Below are positions 17,080 to 24,482 of a stretch of DNA of 28,826 nt, in pieces (the first letter of the stretch is position 1; each line of letters starts with the position of its first letter). Where the stretch lies: IMG/VR virus record IMGVR_UViG_3300043178_000179, one strand, 5' to 3'. The position numbers were made by a program, and so were the translations under genes. The notes below the pieces were generated by a model. It had not been told where the DNA came from. It searched no databases and saw nothing but the letters and a program-made list of their open reading frames with translations. This DNA is from a virus (taxonomy: Duplodnaviria; Heunggongvirae; Uroviricota; Caudoviricetes).

Positions 17080-17085
17080 GCGGCC
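17047..17085 (+). repeat. 39-bp junction direct repeat, copy 1 (identical copy at 17484-17522; degenerate copies near 17961-17985 and 18437-18461)
   Basis: ATCAAGCGCCAGTGGCCGAGGATCCTCCGATGAGCGGCC occurs identically twice. The core GTGGCCGAGG(A/C)TC(C/G)TCCGATGAGC is present at all four junctions. Confidence 0.95.
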
Positions 17086-17516
17086 ACCCTCGCCGTCTGC
17101 GCCGCACTGTAATCGCGGTGACCGTGGAGCCCGACGGCGTCGTCTACCGCACCCGCGACGGGGTCTACTGGAACTTCTGGGAGCCTGCTGCCAGGTATCG
17201 ACACGTTCAAGGCCCCCCCCGATCCAGGTGGCTGACGTGGACGGCTGTCATCCCAGACGACGTGAGCGCCGAGCATGGCTGGGTCGACTGGCTCGGCTTG
17301 TCCCGCTTCGTGGGCCTCCCCCTTCCCATCCCGACTCCGAGCGACCCATCGGGCACCCGCGCTTTGCGGCGGGTGGCTCGGTCGAAGGACCCGATGGAAC
17401 GCTTCATACTCATCAAGGCGATCCGGGACTACCACGGCGCGGACAATCTCGACGCCTATCCCCGAGAGGTCTCCTGGGCCGAGATCAAGCGCCAGTGGCC
17501 GAGGATCCTCCGATGA
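17076..17516 (+). CDS. Trp-rich paralog array member 2, 146 aa
   Basis: ATGA coupling; IPDDV..WVDWL..IPTPSDPSG..SKDP..WPRILR. Confidence 0.85.
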   Translation: MSGHPRRLRRTVIAVTVEPDGVVYRTRDGVYWNFWEPAARYRHVQGPPRSRWLTWTAVIPDDVSAEHGWVDWLGLSRFVGLPLPIPTPSDPSGTRALRRVARSKDPMERFILIKAIRDYHGADNLDAYPREVSWAEIKRQWPRILR

Positions 17517-17522
17517 GCGGCC
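17484..17522 (+). repeat. 39-bp junction direct repeat, copy 2
   Basis: Identical to 17047-17085. Confidence 0.95.
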
Positions 17523-17983
17523 GGATCGTCATCGGGACGACGGGGGATCCCCGGCGCTCCCTTTATCCCAGCCTCGGCGCCCCCGCCGCCGGCGTAGTGT
17601 GGTCCTTGCCCAAGGGACGGGTCTACTGGGACGCTTGGGAGTGGTCGGAAGATGAGAACGACGCATGGATGTTTGTCACGATCCCGCTCTACGCGGATGT
17701 CCGGCGCCTGATGGAGGACTGGCCGAACGAGGGCCTTGTTCTCGCCCGCGACCTCGGGGTCATCCCGCTGCCGAGCGACCCGGACGGCGCCAGGCAGTTT
17801 GCCCGGATCGCCGCCTCTCCCGACCCGATGGAACGGGTCCGGGTGCTGGAAGCCGCGATGGCCGCGGGCGGCTTCCATTCGGTCGCCGCGCATCCGAGCC
17901 TCGACCCTGACCGCACGAATCCCAAGAGCCGTATGGTCACGCCGGGGTGGATTCAAGAGCGGTGGCCGAGGCTCGTCCGATGA
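17513..17983 (+). CDS. Trp-rich paralog array member 3, 156 aa
   Basis: ATGA coupling; IPLPSDPDG..SPDP..WPRLVR; very similar to member 4. Confidence 0.85.
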   Translation: MSGRIVIGTTGDPRRSLYPSLGAPAAGVVWSLPKGRVYWDAWEWSEDENDAWMFVTIPLYADVRRLMEDWPNEGLVLARDLGVIPLPSDPDGARQFARIAASPDPMERVRVLEAAMAAGGFHSVAAHPSLDPDRTNPKSRMVTPGWIQERWPRLVR

Positions 17984-18459
17984 GCCGCCGGATCGTGATC
18001 GGGACGACGGGGGCTCCCCGGCGCTCCCTTCATCCCCGCCTCGGCGCCCCCACCCCCGCCGCCGGCGTGGTGTGGTCTTCGCCCAAGGGCGGGGTCTACT
18101 GGGACGCCTGGGAGTGGTCGGAGGACGCGGACGACGCATGGTGGTTCGCCACGGTCCCGCTCTACGCGGACGTCCGGCGCCTGCTGGAGGACTGGCCGAA
18201 CCATGGCATCGGCACCGAGGTGGCCCGTGGCGTCGGGGTGATCCCGCTGCCGAGCGACCCGGACGGCGCCAAGCAGTTTGCCCGGATCGCCGCCTCTCCC
18301 GACCCGATGGAGCGGGTCCGGGTGCTGGAAGCCGCGATGGCCGCGGGCGGCTTCTTTACGATCGCCCCGCATCCGACGGACCCTTACCGCACGAATCCCA
18401 AGGCCCGCATGGTCACGCCGGAGTGGATTGGTAAGCGGTGGCCGAGGATCGTCCGATGA
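17980..18459 (+). CDS. Trp-rich paralog array member 4, 159 aa
   Basis: ATGA coupling; near-duplicate of member 3 in both protein and DNA. Confidence 0.85.
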   Translation: MSRRIVIGTTGAPRRSLHPRLGAPTPAAGVVWSSPKGGVYWDAWEWSEDADDAWWFATVPLYADVRRLLEDWPNHGIGTEVARGVGVIPLPSDPDGAKQFARIAASPDPMERVRVLEAAMAAGGFFTIAPHPTDPYRTNPKARMVTPEWIGKRWPRIVR

Positions 18460-20264
18460 GCGCCCGCCGCCGCGTGCTCGGCTGGACCGGCAACGAGGTC
18501 GTGGGGCACGTCGTGTACGAGGTTCCCGAGGGCCAGTTCTGGGAGGGGTGGTTCTGGTCGACCGCGCGTCCAGAACGCTGGGAGGTCGTCCGGTTGCCGC
18601 TCCCACGGGACCTGCGGTTCCTCGGGTCTGTTCCGTCCTTCCGTGGCTTGTTCGGGCCCTCGTCGCGCTTCGCCCACTTGCGGCTTTGGGTCCCGACCCC
18701 GACGGATCCCCTGGGCGAGCAGCGGTTCGCCAAGGTCGCGGCCTCGCCAGATCCGCTCGTGCGTGCCTCCCTGTTCGAGTCGCTGTTCAGCCACGGGCCC
18801 TATCGGCTGGCGCAGTTTCTGGAGCACACGCCCCTCTCCAAGGACCTGAGAACCTTCGCGGAGACCGCGGCTGGCATGGAGAAGCGCTGGGGCCGGCTCC
18901 TGCGGATCGAGTTCTCCCGGAGCGCGCCCTGGAAGACGCGACCCAGGCAGGGCAGTCGCGCGACGAGAATGGACCTCGATTCTCTGCTCGCCCGCGCATC
19001 GCGCACGACGCAAATGGACCTCGATTCTCTGCTCGCCCGGGCGCTGCCGGCTCCAAAGGAGCCGGCGCCGCAGCGGGAGCTGGAGTCGGGCGGCTGGCCC
19101 CTGCCGACCGCGGAGGCGCGTCGCGCGGTCGCGGCGCAGCAGCTCGACGTGGATCTGGACGAAGTGCTCCGGGAACTCGCGCAGCGGGTCGCGACGGTCC
19201 GGCTCGCGCAGATCGTGCTCCGGGACGAGTTGGCGCTTTCCGCCGCGCAGCGGTCGGCCGAACGGCTCACCGGCCTGCGGAAGGGGATCGAGGCCCAAAT
19301 CCGGGTGATCGACGGGATGCTCACCGAGGTGGACGCCCACTTCGGACACGCCGCGCTCGACATGATGTTGGGGCGGTTGAAGAGGGTCGGCGTACCCTGG
19401 CGCTTCATGGAGGAACGAGTGGAACCGCACACCGTACCGCCCGCCTGGCTCGCCGGTCGCGGCTCCCGCTCGGTCTACCGCCCGGTCGTTCCGCGCCTGG
19501 CGGCGCTGGAGCGGGCGCTTCGCGGCGTGCGGGGGAGCGCCGCCGGCGCGAGGCTCGCGAAGTCCGCGTCCTCGGTCGCGGCGGAAGAGTTCCTGCGCCT
19601 GGATCCGAAGGACGTGCCGGACGAGCTGCTGCTGGCCGTGGTGTTGGCCGGCGCGACGGGCCGCAAGGACCCGGTGCAGTCCGCCCGTGCGCTGTTGGCG
19701 GACGTGGGCGGCAACCTGGCGGCGCTGCTGGACACGGTGGCGCCGTTCAAGGACGCCGGCCTCGGCCCGGTGGCGATCGCGCGGGTCCATGCGGCGTCGG
19801 AGCTGGTTCGCCGGGCGCGGTACGCCGCCGTCGCGCGGCGGGAAGCGGCGGTCGTGACCACGCCATGGTCCGCGGTCGAGATCCTTCGGACGATGGCGCT
19901 GGGCCCAGACGAGGTCCTGGCCGCGATCTACCTCGACAAGAAGGCCCGGGTGATCGCCTCGCGGGTTCTGACCCGTGGAACGGAGAGCTTCACGGTGGTG
20001 GACCCGAAGCAGGTCCTGCGACCGGCCCTGGAGCGCCGTGCCGTCGCGATCATCCTGGCCCACCAGCATCCCAGCGGCTCCGCGCGCCCGTCGCAGGACG
20101 ACATCACGGCGACGCGCCATGTCGCGGTCGCCGCCCGGGCGGTGGGTCTCGAACTCATCGACCACATCGTCCTCGCGGCGGGGACCGGGGAATGGGTGTC
20201 CTTGGCGGAGATGGGCGAGCTGACGCCCTGGGCGGCGGCAGCGCAGTCCCCGGTGCTTCGATAG
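18456..20264 (+). CDS. radC: RadC-family JAB/MPN protein fused to array member 5 and a helical middle region, 602 aa
   Basis: From about 19560: RadC N-part (DELLLAVVL...ARALL...GLGP..ARV.AA.EL.RR) and JAB motifs E..HQHPSG..PS.DD..T...LIDHIV. The N-terminal VPTPTDPLG..SPDP matches the array family. Confidence 0.85.
   Translation: MSARRRVLGWTGNEVVGHVVYEVPEGQFWEGWFWSTARPERWEVVRLPLPRDLRFLGSVPSFRGLFGPSSRFAHLRLWVPTPTDPLGEQRFAKVAASPDPLVRASLFESLFSHGPYRLAQFLEHTPLSKDLRTFAETAAGMEKRWGRLLRIEFSRSAPWKTRPRQGSRATRMDLDSLLARASRTTQMDLDSLLARALPAPKEPAPQRELESGGWPLPTAEARRAVAAQQLDVDLDEVLRELAQRVATVRLAQIVLRDELALSAAQRSAERLTGLRKGIEAQIRVIDGMLTEVDAHFGHAALDMMLGRLKRVGVPWRFMEERVEPHTVPPAWLAGRGSRSVYRPVVPRLAALERALRGVRGSAAGARLAKSASSVAAEEFLRLDPKDVPDELLLAVVLAGATGRKDPVQSARALLADVGGNLAALLDTVAPFKDAGLGPVAIARVHAASELVRRARYAAVARREAAVVTTPWSAVEILRTMALGPDEVLAAIYLDKKARVIASRVLTRGTESFTVVDPKQVLRPALERRAVAIILAHQHPSGSARPSQDDITATRHVAVAARAVGLELIDHIVLAAGTGEWVSLAEMGELTPWAAAAQSPVLR
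18968..19039 (+). repeat. 27-bp direct repeat (period 45) encoding MDLDSLLAR twice
   Basis: AATGGACCTCGATTCTCTGCTCGCCCG at 18968-18994 and 19013-19039. Confidence 0.92.
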
Positions 20265-20273
20265 GAGGTCCGC

Positions 20274-20921
20274 ATGGCGAGTCGACGCGGCCACCTGGTG
20301 GAGATCGAGCCCTCGTTCGGGGACGTGCTGCACGAGTACCACGCCGGGCAGGCCGACCCGATCTATGCGATCAGCAGCCGGTGGCATGCCGGCCATTTCG
20401 AGCGCGGCAGCAACATCGGCCTCGACTGGCGTTCGGACCACGGCGAGGGCTACTTCATGCGGCTCTCGGACGAGGAACTTGCGGCGCTGGAGCGCCTCGC
20501 ACGGGACGTCCACAATGGTCGGTACCGGCCGTCCCGCGACGAGGATGATCCGAACGAGGACGCCGCCGCGGGCCAACTGGAACTGCTCCGCTACGTCCTG
20601 TACCTCCCTTCCGGTGCGGTGGAGCAGGGCTCGAAGTCCCGCGGCAGCCGCGCACGTCGCTTCAAGGTGTCCGCGTCCTCGCCCTGGGGCACCTACACCG
20701 CCGGGGTCTTCGAGGCAGAATCGCCGGCCGACGCGGTCGAGATGGCGCGGGAGAGCTACCGCCGCTCCACGCTTGGCCGCGAACTCAAGGACGTCGGAGC
20801 CTTCCGTTTCTACGTGACGGCCAGCGCGCCGATCGGGAAGCCGTTCGCCTCGGAACAGGAAAGCTCGGAACAGGAGGGCTCCAAGTCCCGCCACCCGCGC
20901 CCGCCGGCGAAGCGGCGGTGA
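20274..20921 (+). CDS. Two-module hypothetical protein, 215 aa
   Basis: AGGAGG SD overlapping the previous stop; the modules are separated by QGSKSRGSRARR. Confidence 0.8.
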   Translation: MASRRGHLVEIEPSFGDVLHEYHAGQADPIYAISSRWHAGHFERGSNIGLDWRSDHGEGYFMRLSDEELAALERLARDVHNGRYRPSRDEDDPNEDAAAGQLELLRYVLYLPSGAVEQGSKSRGSRARRFKVSASSPWGTYTAGVFEAESPADAVEMARESYRRSTLGRELKDVGAFRFYVTASAPIGKPFASEQESSEQEGSKSRHPRPPAKRR

Positions 20922-22171
20922 CCCGCGCGGGCAGTCGCTACGTCCCCGGCCAGCCGCTCTACCACGGGACGAGCCCCAACGCGGTGCCGAAGATCCTCCG
21001 CGCCGGGCTCCGCCCGGGCCGCAAGGGGAGAGACCCCGTCACGCTCCGCGCGGCGCTGGCCGCGATGGCTCCGTCCGGGCGATGGTGGGGCCCGTACCAC
21101 CGGCGGATCGCGGCGGCGAAGCGCGCCGGCGACACGGCGGCCGAGTCCGCGGCCTATGACGAGTGGGACGACTGGTACATGGGCACGTTCACGGAGCGGG
21201 CCGCCGCCCCGATGGGCGGGTACATCTACGTCACGACGGAGCTGGAGGAGATCCTGACCCGCTCGGCTTCCGGCGAGACCGAGTACGTCTTCGAGATCGA
21301 GCCGACCGGCCGGCTGATCCCGGACGAGGACTGGATGGGCGCGGCCATGATCTGGGCGTCGAGGGTGGCGCGGCCACGCCCTGGCACCGGCCCACAGCGC
21401 CTCTGGCGAAACCGCATCCTGTCCGACGCTCGGGCGGCCTACGACCGCCTGAGCGAGATCGAGGCGCGGCTCCCCGAGCAGCTCAAGAGGGACCTTCGGG
21501 GTGCCGAGGAACACGGAGCGGAGGAACGGTTCGAGTGGCAGGCTCTCGCGGGGAAGGCCGTCATCCGGCACCTGGAGAGGACGACCTGGGGCCGCGCGGC
21601 CCTGGAAGCCCTCGTTCCCTACGCCAGCACGCTGGCCCACGAGGGGTCGCCTCGCCTGACCAGGCTCTACCGCATGGAATCGCGGCAGCACCTCGGTCCG
21701 AGGGACGAATACGGGATGGCACCGGTGACCTTCCGCCGGGAGCTGGTACTGGACCGCACGCTGGCCGGGTCACCGTCCCGCGAGGGCTGGTACGAAGATC
21801 CCGCCCCGGTGATTGAGCGGCATGGATCGAATCGCATCCTCCGCGCGCCGATCCCGGTGCCGCTGCCCTCGCGGACGCTCTGGGTTCCGCGCCAGCTGAT
21901 CGCGCTAGAAGCCCTTCCCATCGACACGATCCGTTTGTGGCGCAAGGACGACGCCGCGGGCCAGCCTGACCGGCTCGCCGTGGTCACCCGTAGCGACTCC
22001 TTCCTGGAGGTCCTCCGCTTTCGCTGGAGCCGAAATGGATGGAGCCAGAGGCAGAGGTTCAAGGCCGAGCACCCAGCGGACGCCGCCGTGTTCGGCCCCG
22101 CGGGTATGGACACCGGGGATCGGTCCGTGCTCGTATGGCTCGATGCCCACCGTCCCTGGGGAGAACCGTGA
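20918..22171 (+). CDS. ADP-ribosyltransferase-fold (Tpt1/KptA-like HGT motif) domain plus C-terminal domain paralogous to the next gene, 417 aa
   Basis: LYHGTS....KIL..GLRPG ... YIYVT ... YVFEI, typical of H-class ART folds; GTGA coupling. Confidence 0.7.
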   Translation: MTRAGSRYVPGQPLYHGTSPNAVPKILRAGLRPGRKGRDPVTLRAALAAMAPSGRWWGPYHRRIAAAKRAGDTAAESAAYDEWDDWYMGTFTERAAAPMGGYIYVTTELEEILTRSASGETEYVFEIEPTGRLIPDEDWMGAAMIWASRVARPRPGTGPQRLWRNRILSDARAAYDRLSEIEARLPEQLKRDLRGAEEHGAEERFEWQALAGKAVIRHLERTTWGRAALEALVPYASTLAHEGSPRLTRLYRMESRQHLGPRDEYGMAPVTFRRELVLDRTLAGSPSREGWYEDPAPVIERHGSNRILRAPIPVPLPSRTLWVPRQLIALEALPIDTIRLWRKDDAAGQPDRLAVVTRSDSFLEVLRFRWSRNGWSQRQRFKAEHPADAAVFGPAGMDTGDRSVLVWLDAHRPWGEP

Positions 22172-22560
22172 TGGACGACGGTACCTTTCTCGCGCTGTCC
22201 GCGGCATCGGCGTGGCGGGATGTCACGGCCGAGTCCAGGGTTCCGGGCCAGCCGGCCGCCTTCAATGCCCCGATCCCCATCCCGCTGCCGAGTGGCCGGA
22301 CGCATTGGAAGCCCGGCGAGGAACTCGGGCTTCCGCTGCTGTACGACAAGGCTGGCTGTCCCGCCCGATACCGCATCTGGCGGCAGGACGACGCCAGTGG
22401 TCGACCGACCGCGCTCTATGCGCTCGCACGGGTCGAGGACTACGTCGCCTTCGCGCACTACAAGTGGTCCCCCACCAGGGGGACCTGGTTGGCCGAGCAC
22501 GTCACGGTCGTCCCGTCCGAAGATCACCCCTCGGATCTGCCGCCCGCTCGCAGGAAGTGA
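22171..22560 (+). CDS. Protein with short MDDGT leader and APIP.PLPS domain, 129 aa
   Basis: TGATG coupling; MDDGTFLAL; the domain is homologous to the C-terminus of the 20918 gene. Confidence 0.75.
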   Translation: MDDGTFLALSAASAWRDVTAESRVPGQPAAFNAPIPIPLPSGRTHWKPGEELGLPLLYDKAGCPARYRIWRQDDASGRPTALYALARVEDYVAFAHYKWSPTRGTWLAEHVTVVPSEDHPSDLPPARRK

Positions 22561-22584
22561 CCTCTCTCGGGTCGGGCCACGAGG

Positions 22585-23181
22585 TCATGCCGTCTCCTCC
22601 CACGGGGGGACGCCGCCCTCCTGGATCCATCGCGTCATGGCGACGAGCCGGGCGACGCCCGCCGTCTCGGCGGCGGTGATCACCGCCTCCCACCCCGCTC
22701 CCGGGGGCGGGGCGGGCTCGGCCACGCCCGGGACCGGCGGCGGGTGGTTCGTCCACCGGGCCCACGGGGCCCAGGGGCTCTCCTCCGCCGCTCGCTGCCG
22801 CGCTGCCTGCTCGGCGGCCTGCGGCGCTGCCGCAGCGCGGGCTTCCGCCTCCTTCATCGCCTCTCTCTCCTTGTAGCGGCGGAGCATCTCCGCCGTCCAC
22901 GCTTCCAGGGAGGGAGGGATGTGGCGGCGCGGGATGCCCCCGGCGTCCCGCAGGGTGATGGGCTGAAACTGCCCCTCGGCCTGACCTCCGGGCCACTCGG
23001 CCCGGATCCGGACGCTGGCCCAGGGGTCGGCCACCGTCTGGTCCCAGGTCCACGCCGCATCCGGGGGGACGCGCCGTGCGAACGTCGCGTTCCCGACCTT
23101 GACGACGGCCCACAAGCTCTCGCCGTCGCGCAAAGAGCCGTGGCTGGCGCTCAGCCAACCGCCCATGAGTTCTACCCGCAT
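22585..23181 (-). CDS. Hypothetical protein, 198 aa; the only convincing minus-strand gene
   Basis: GGAGG SD (CCTCC at 23186-23190 on +) precedes the ATG at 23181. The + frames here are junk; the protein has a beta-like N-terminus and an Ala/Glu helix. Confidence 0.75.
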   Translation of the reverse strand: MRVELMGGWLSASHGSLRDGESLWAVVKVGNATFARRVPPDAAWTWDQTVADPWASVRIRAEWPGGQAEGQFQPITLRDAGGIPRRHIPPSLEAWTAEMLRRYKEREAMKEAEARAAAAPQAAEQAARQRAAEESPWAPWARWTNHPPPVPGVAEPAPPPGAGWEAVITAAETAGVARLVAMTRWIQEGGVPPWEETA

Positions 23182-23256
23182 GGTGCCTCCCATCCAGAAG
23201 ACGCTGTATCACATGGCTCCTGACACCGGGGGCTGGACCTGACCATGTCCCCGGGG

Positions 23257-23262
23257 TAGGCT
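23257..23262 (+). promoter_or_regulatory. Candidate -10 element (TAGGCT) 6 nt before GTG 23269
   Basis: Lies in the divergent intergenic gap; spacing fits a leaderless start. Confidence 0.3.
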
Positions 23263-23268
23263 CGGAAA

Positions 23269-23463
23269 GTGCCTCTGCCCGGAACCCGGTTCTGGTACGT
23301 GCTGACCGTCGCGGATCGGCTCGGCGTCGAGGTGATGACGGGGCAACCCTCGATGGACCCGCTCACCTGGGCGATGAAGGCGGCCGCGACCGGTGACCAG
23401 GCACGCTTCGAGCGGGTGGTCGGCCAGTTCGTCCCCGAGCCCGGCACGTCGAGATCCGGTTGA
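23269..23463 (+). CDS. Small hypothetical protein, 64 aa
   Basis: GTG start; G/C-ending codons; fills the gap before 23537. Confidence 0.5.
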   Translation: MPLPGTRFWYVLTVADRLGVEVMTGQPSMDPLTWAMKAAATGDQARFERVVGQFVPEPGTSRSG

Positions 23464-23536
23464 TGCTGGAGCGGCTGATCGGCCCGCGAGGTGGGTTGCC
23501 ACCCCGTCTCTGCATGGACCCGCGGGAGTTGGGACC

Positions 23537-24454
23537 ATGCCCCTGATCCGCCGCGAGAAGGAGTGGCTGGGCGACCCTTCTCGGGCCGCGCGGCTCACGC
23601 AGCGGGACTTCGCGGCGCTGCGCGCCGTCCGAATCGGTCGAAATCGGATCCCGCTGAGAGACCTGGCGCCGAGCGAGATCCGGTACTACTTCCGCGGCTG
23701 GACCCCCGCGGACCACGAGGTCGCCATCGCCCGTGCGGTCGACCTCGCGAACGCCGCGGCCCACCGCTACAACCGGGCGCTCGCGGTCGCCTACCGGATC
23801 TACGGGGAGCGGGGCCCGCTGATCTCGGGAGTCGGCCAGGACCACTTTCCGGCCGAGGTGAAGGAGGGCCTGCGCGCCTCGCTCCGCGCGCATGGCGACG
23901 CCCAGATGGCGGCCGAGGTGCACTGGCTGGCGGCCCACGGCCGTCGTCGTCGGTTCGCGGACAGCGGGTGGCCCGAGAAGATGGTGAAGGCTGGCTACTA
24001 CGGCTATGGTCGCCGCGAAGCGATCGCACCTCCGCGCCGCGGCTCGAAGGCGCTGGACCTCGACGCGCTGCTCCGAAAGGCGCAGCGCCAGTCGAAGAAG
24101 GCCAGGTCGAAGAAGCCCCCCGGCGAGGTCCGTCCCTGGACGTTGGTGCGCCACATCGCGCCGGGGTCCTCCGTAACCGAGTCGCTCTACTCGCTCGCCC
24201 CGGCGGACGCGGTCGCGATGGCGTACCTCATCGATCGCTACGGGACGGGCGCGTCCGCGGATGTCGCCGGCCTGATCGTGGATGTCGAGGCGGGCCGCGA
24301 GCCTTTGCAGCTCGCGCGGGAGCGGCTGGAGGAGGCCCGTGCGCTGGTGAAGCCGGCTCGGATGCGTCCCGAGGTGGCCAAGATCGTGCTCCGCGACGGC
24401 CGCGCCTGGTTTGGCTTCCCTCGCGGTGGAAGCCGGTCGTCCGGCTTCGGCTGA
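23537..24454 (+). CDS. Two-module hypothetical protein, 305 aa
   Basis: GGGAG SD; the modules are joined by APPRRGSKALDLDALLRKA. Confidence 0.8.
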   Translation: MPLIRREKEWLGDPSRAARLTQRDFAALRAVRIGRNRIPLRDLAPSEIRYYFRGWTPADHEVAIARAVDLANAAAHRYNRALAVAYRIYGERGPLISGVGQDHFPAEVKEGLRASLRAHGDAQMAAEVHWLAAHGRRRRFADSGWPEKMVKAGYYGYGRREAIAPPRRGSKALDLDALLRKAQRQSKKARSKKPPGEVRPWTLVRHIAPGSSVTESLYSLAPADAVAMAYLIDRYGTGASADVAGLIVDVEAGREPLQLARERLEEARALVKPARMRPEVAKIVLRDGRAWFGFPRGGSRSSGFG

Positions 24455-24482
24455 GCGGCCTGAGCGGACTGCGGTCGCGGCC

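Noticed and set aside
17513-18459. Array members 3 and 4 as a DGR template/variable pair
   Set aside because: Differences include non-adenine changes and in-frame indels, both copies are full genes, and no reverse transcriptase is in the window.
17047-18461. Junction repeats as a CRISPR array
   Set aside because: The intervals are about 440-480 bp of coding sequence rather than 25-45 bp spacers, the repeats encode protein ends and starts, and no cas genes are present.
16642-18480. Twin-arginine (Tat) signals in the RR-rich N-termini of array genes
   Set aside because: No S/T-R-R-x-F-L-K consensus and no following hydrophobic h-region.
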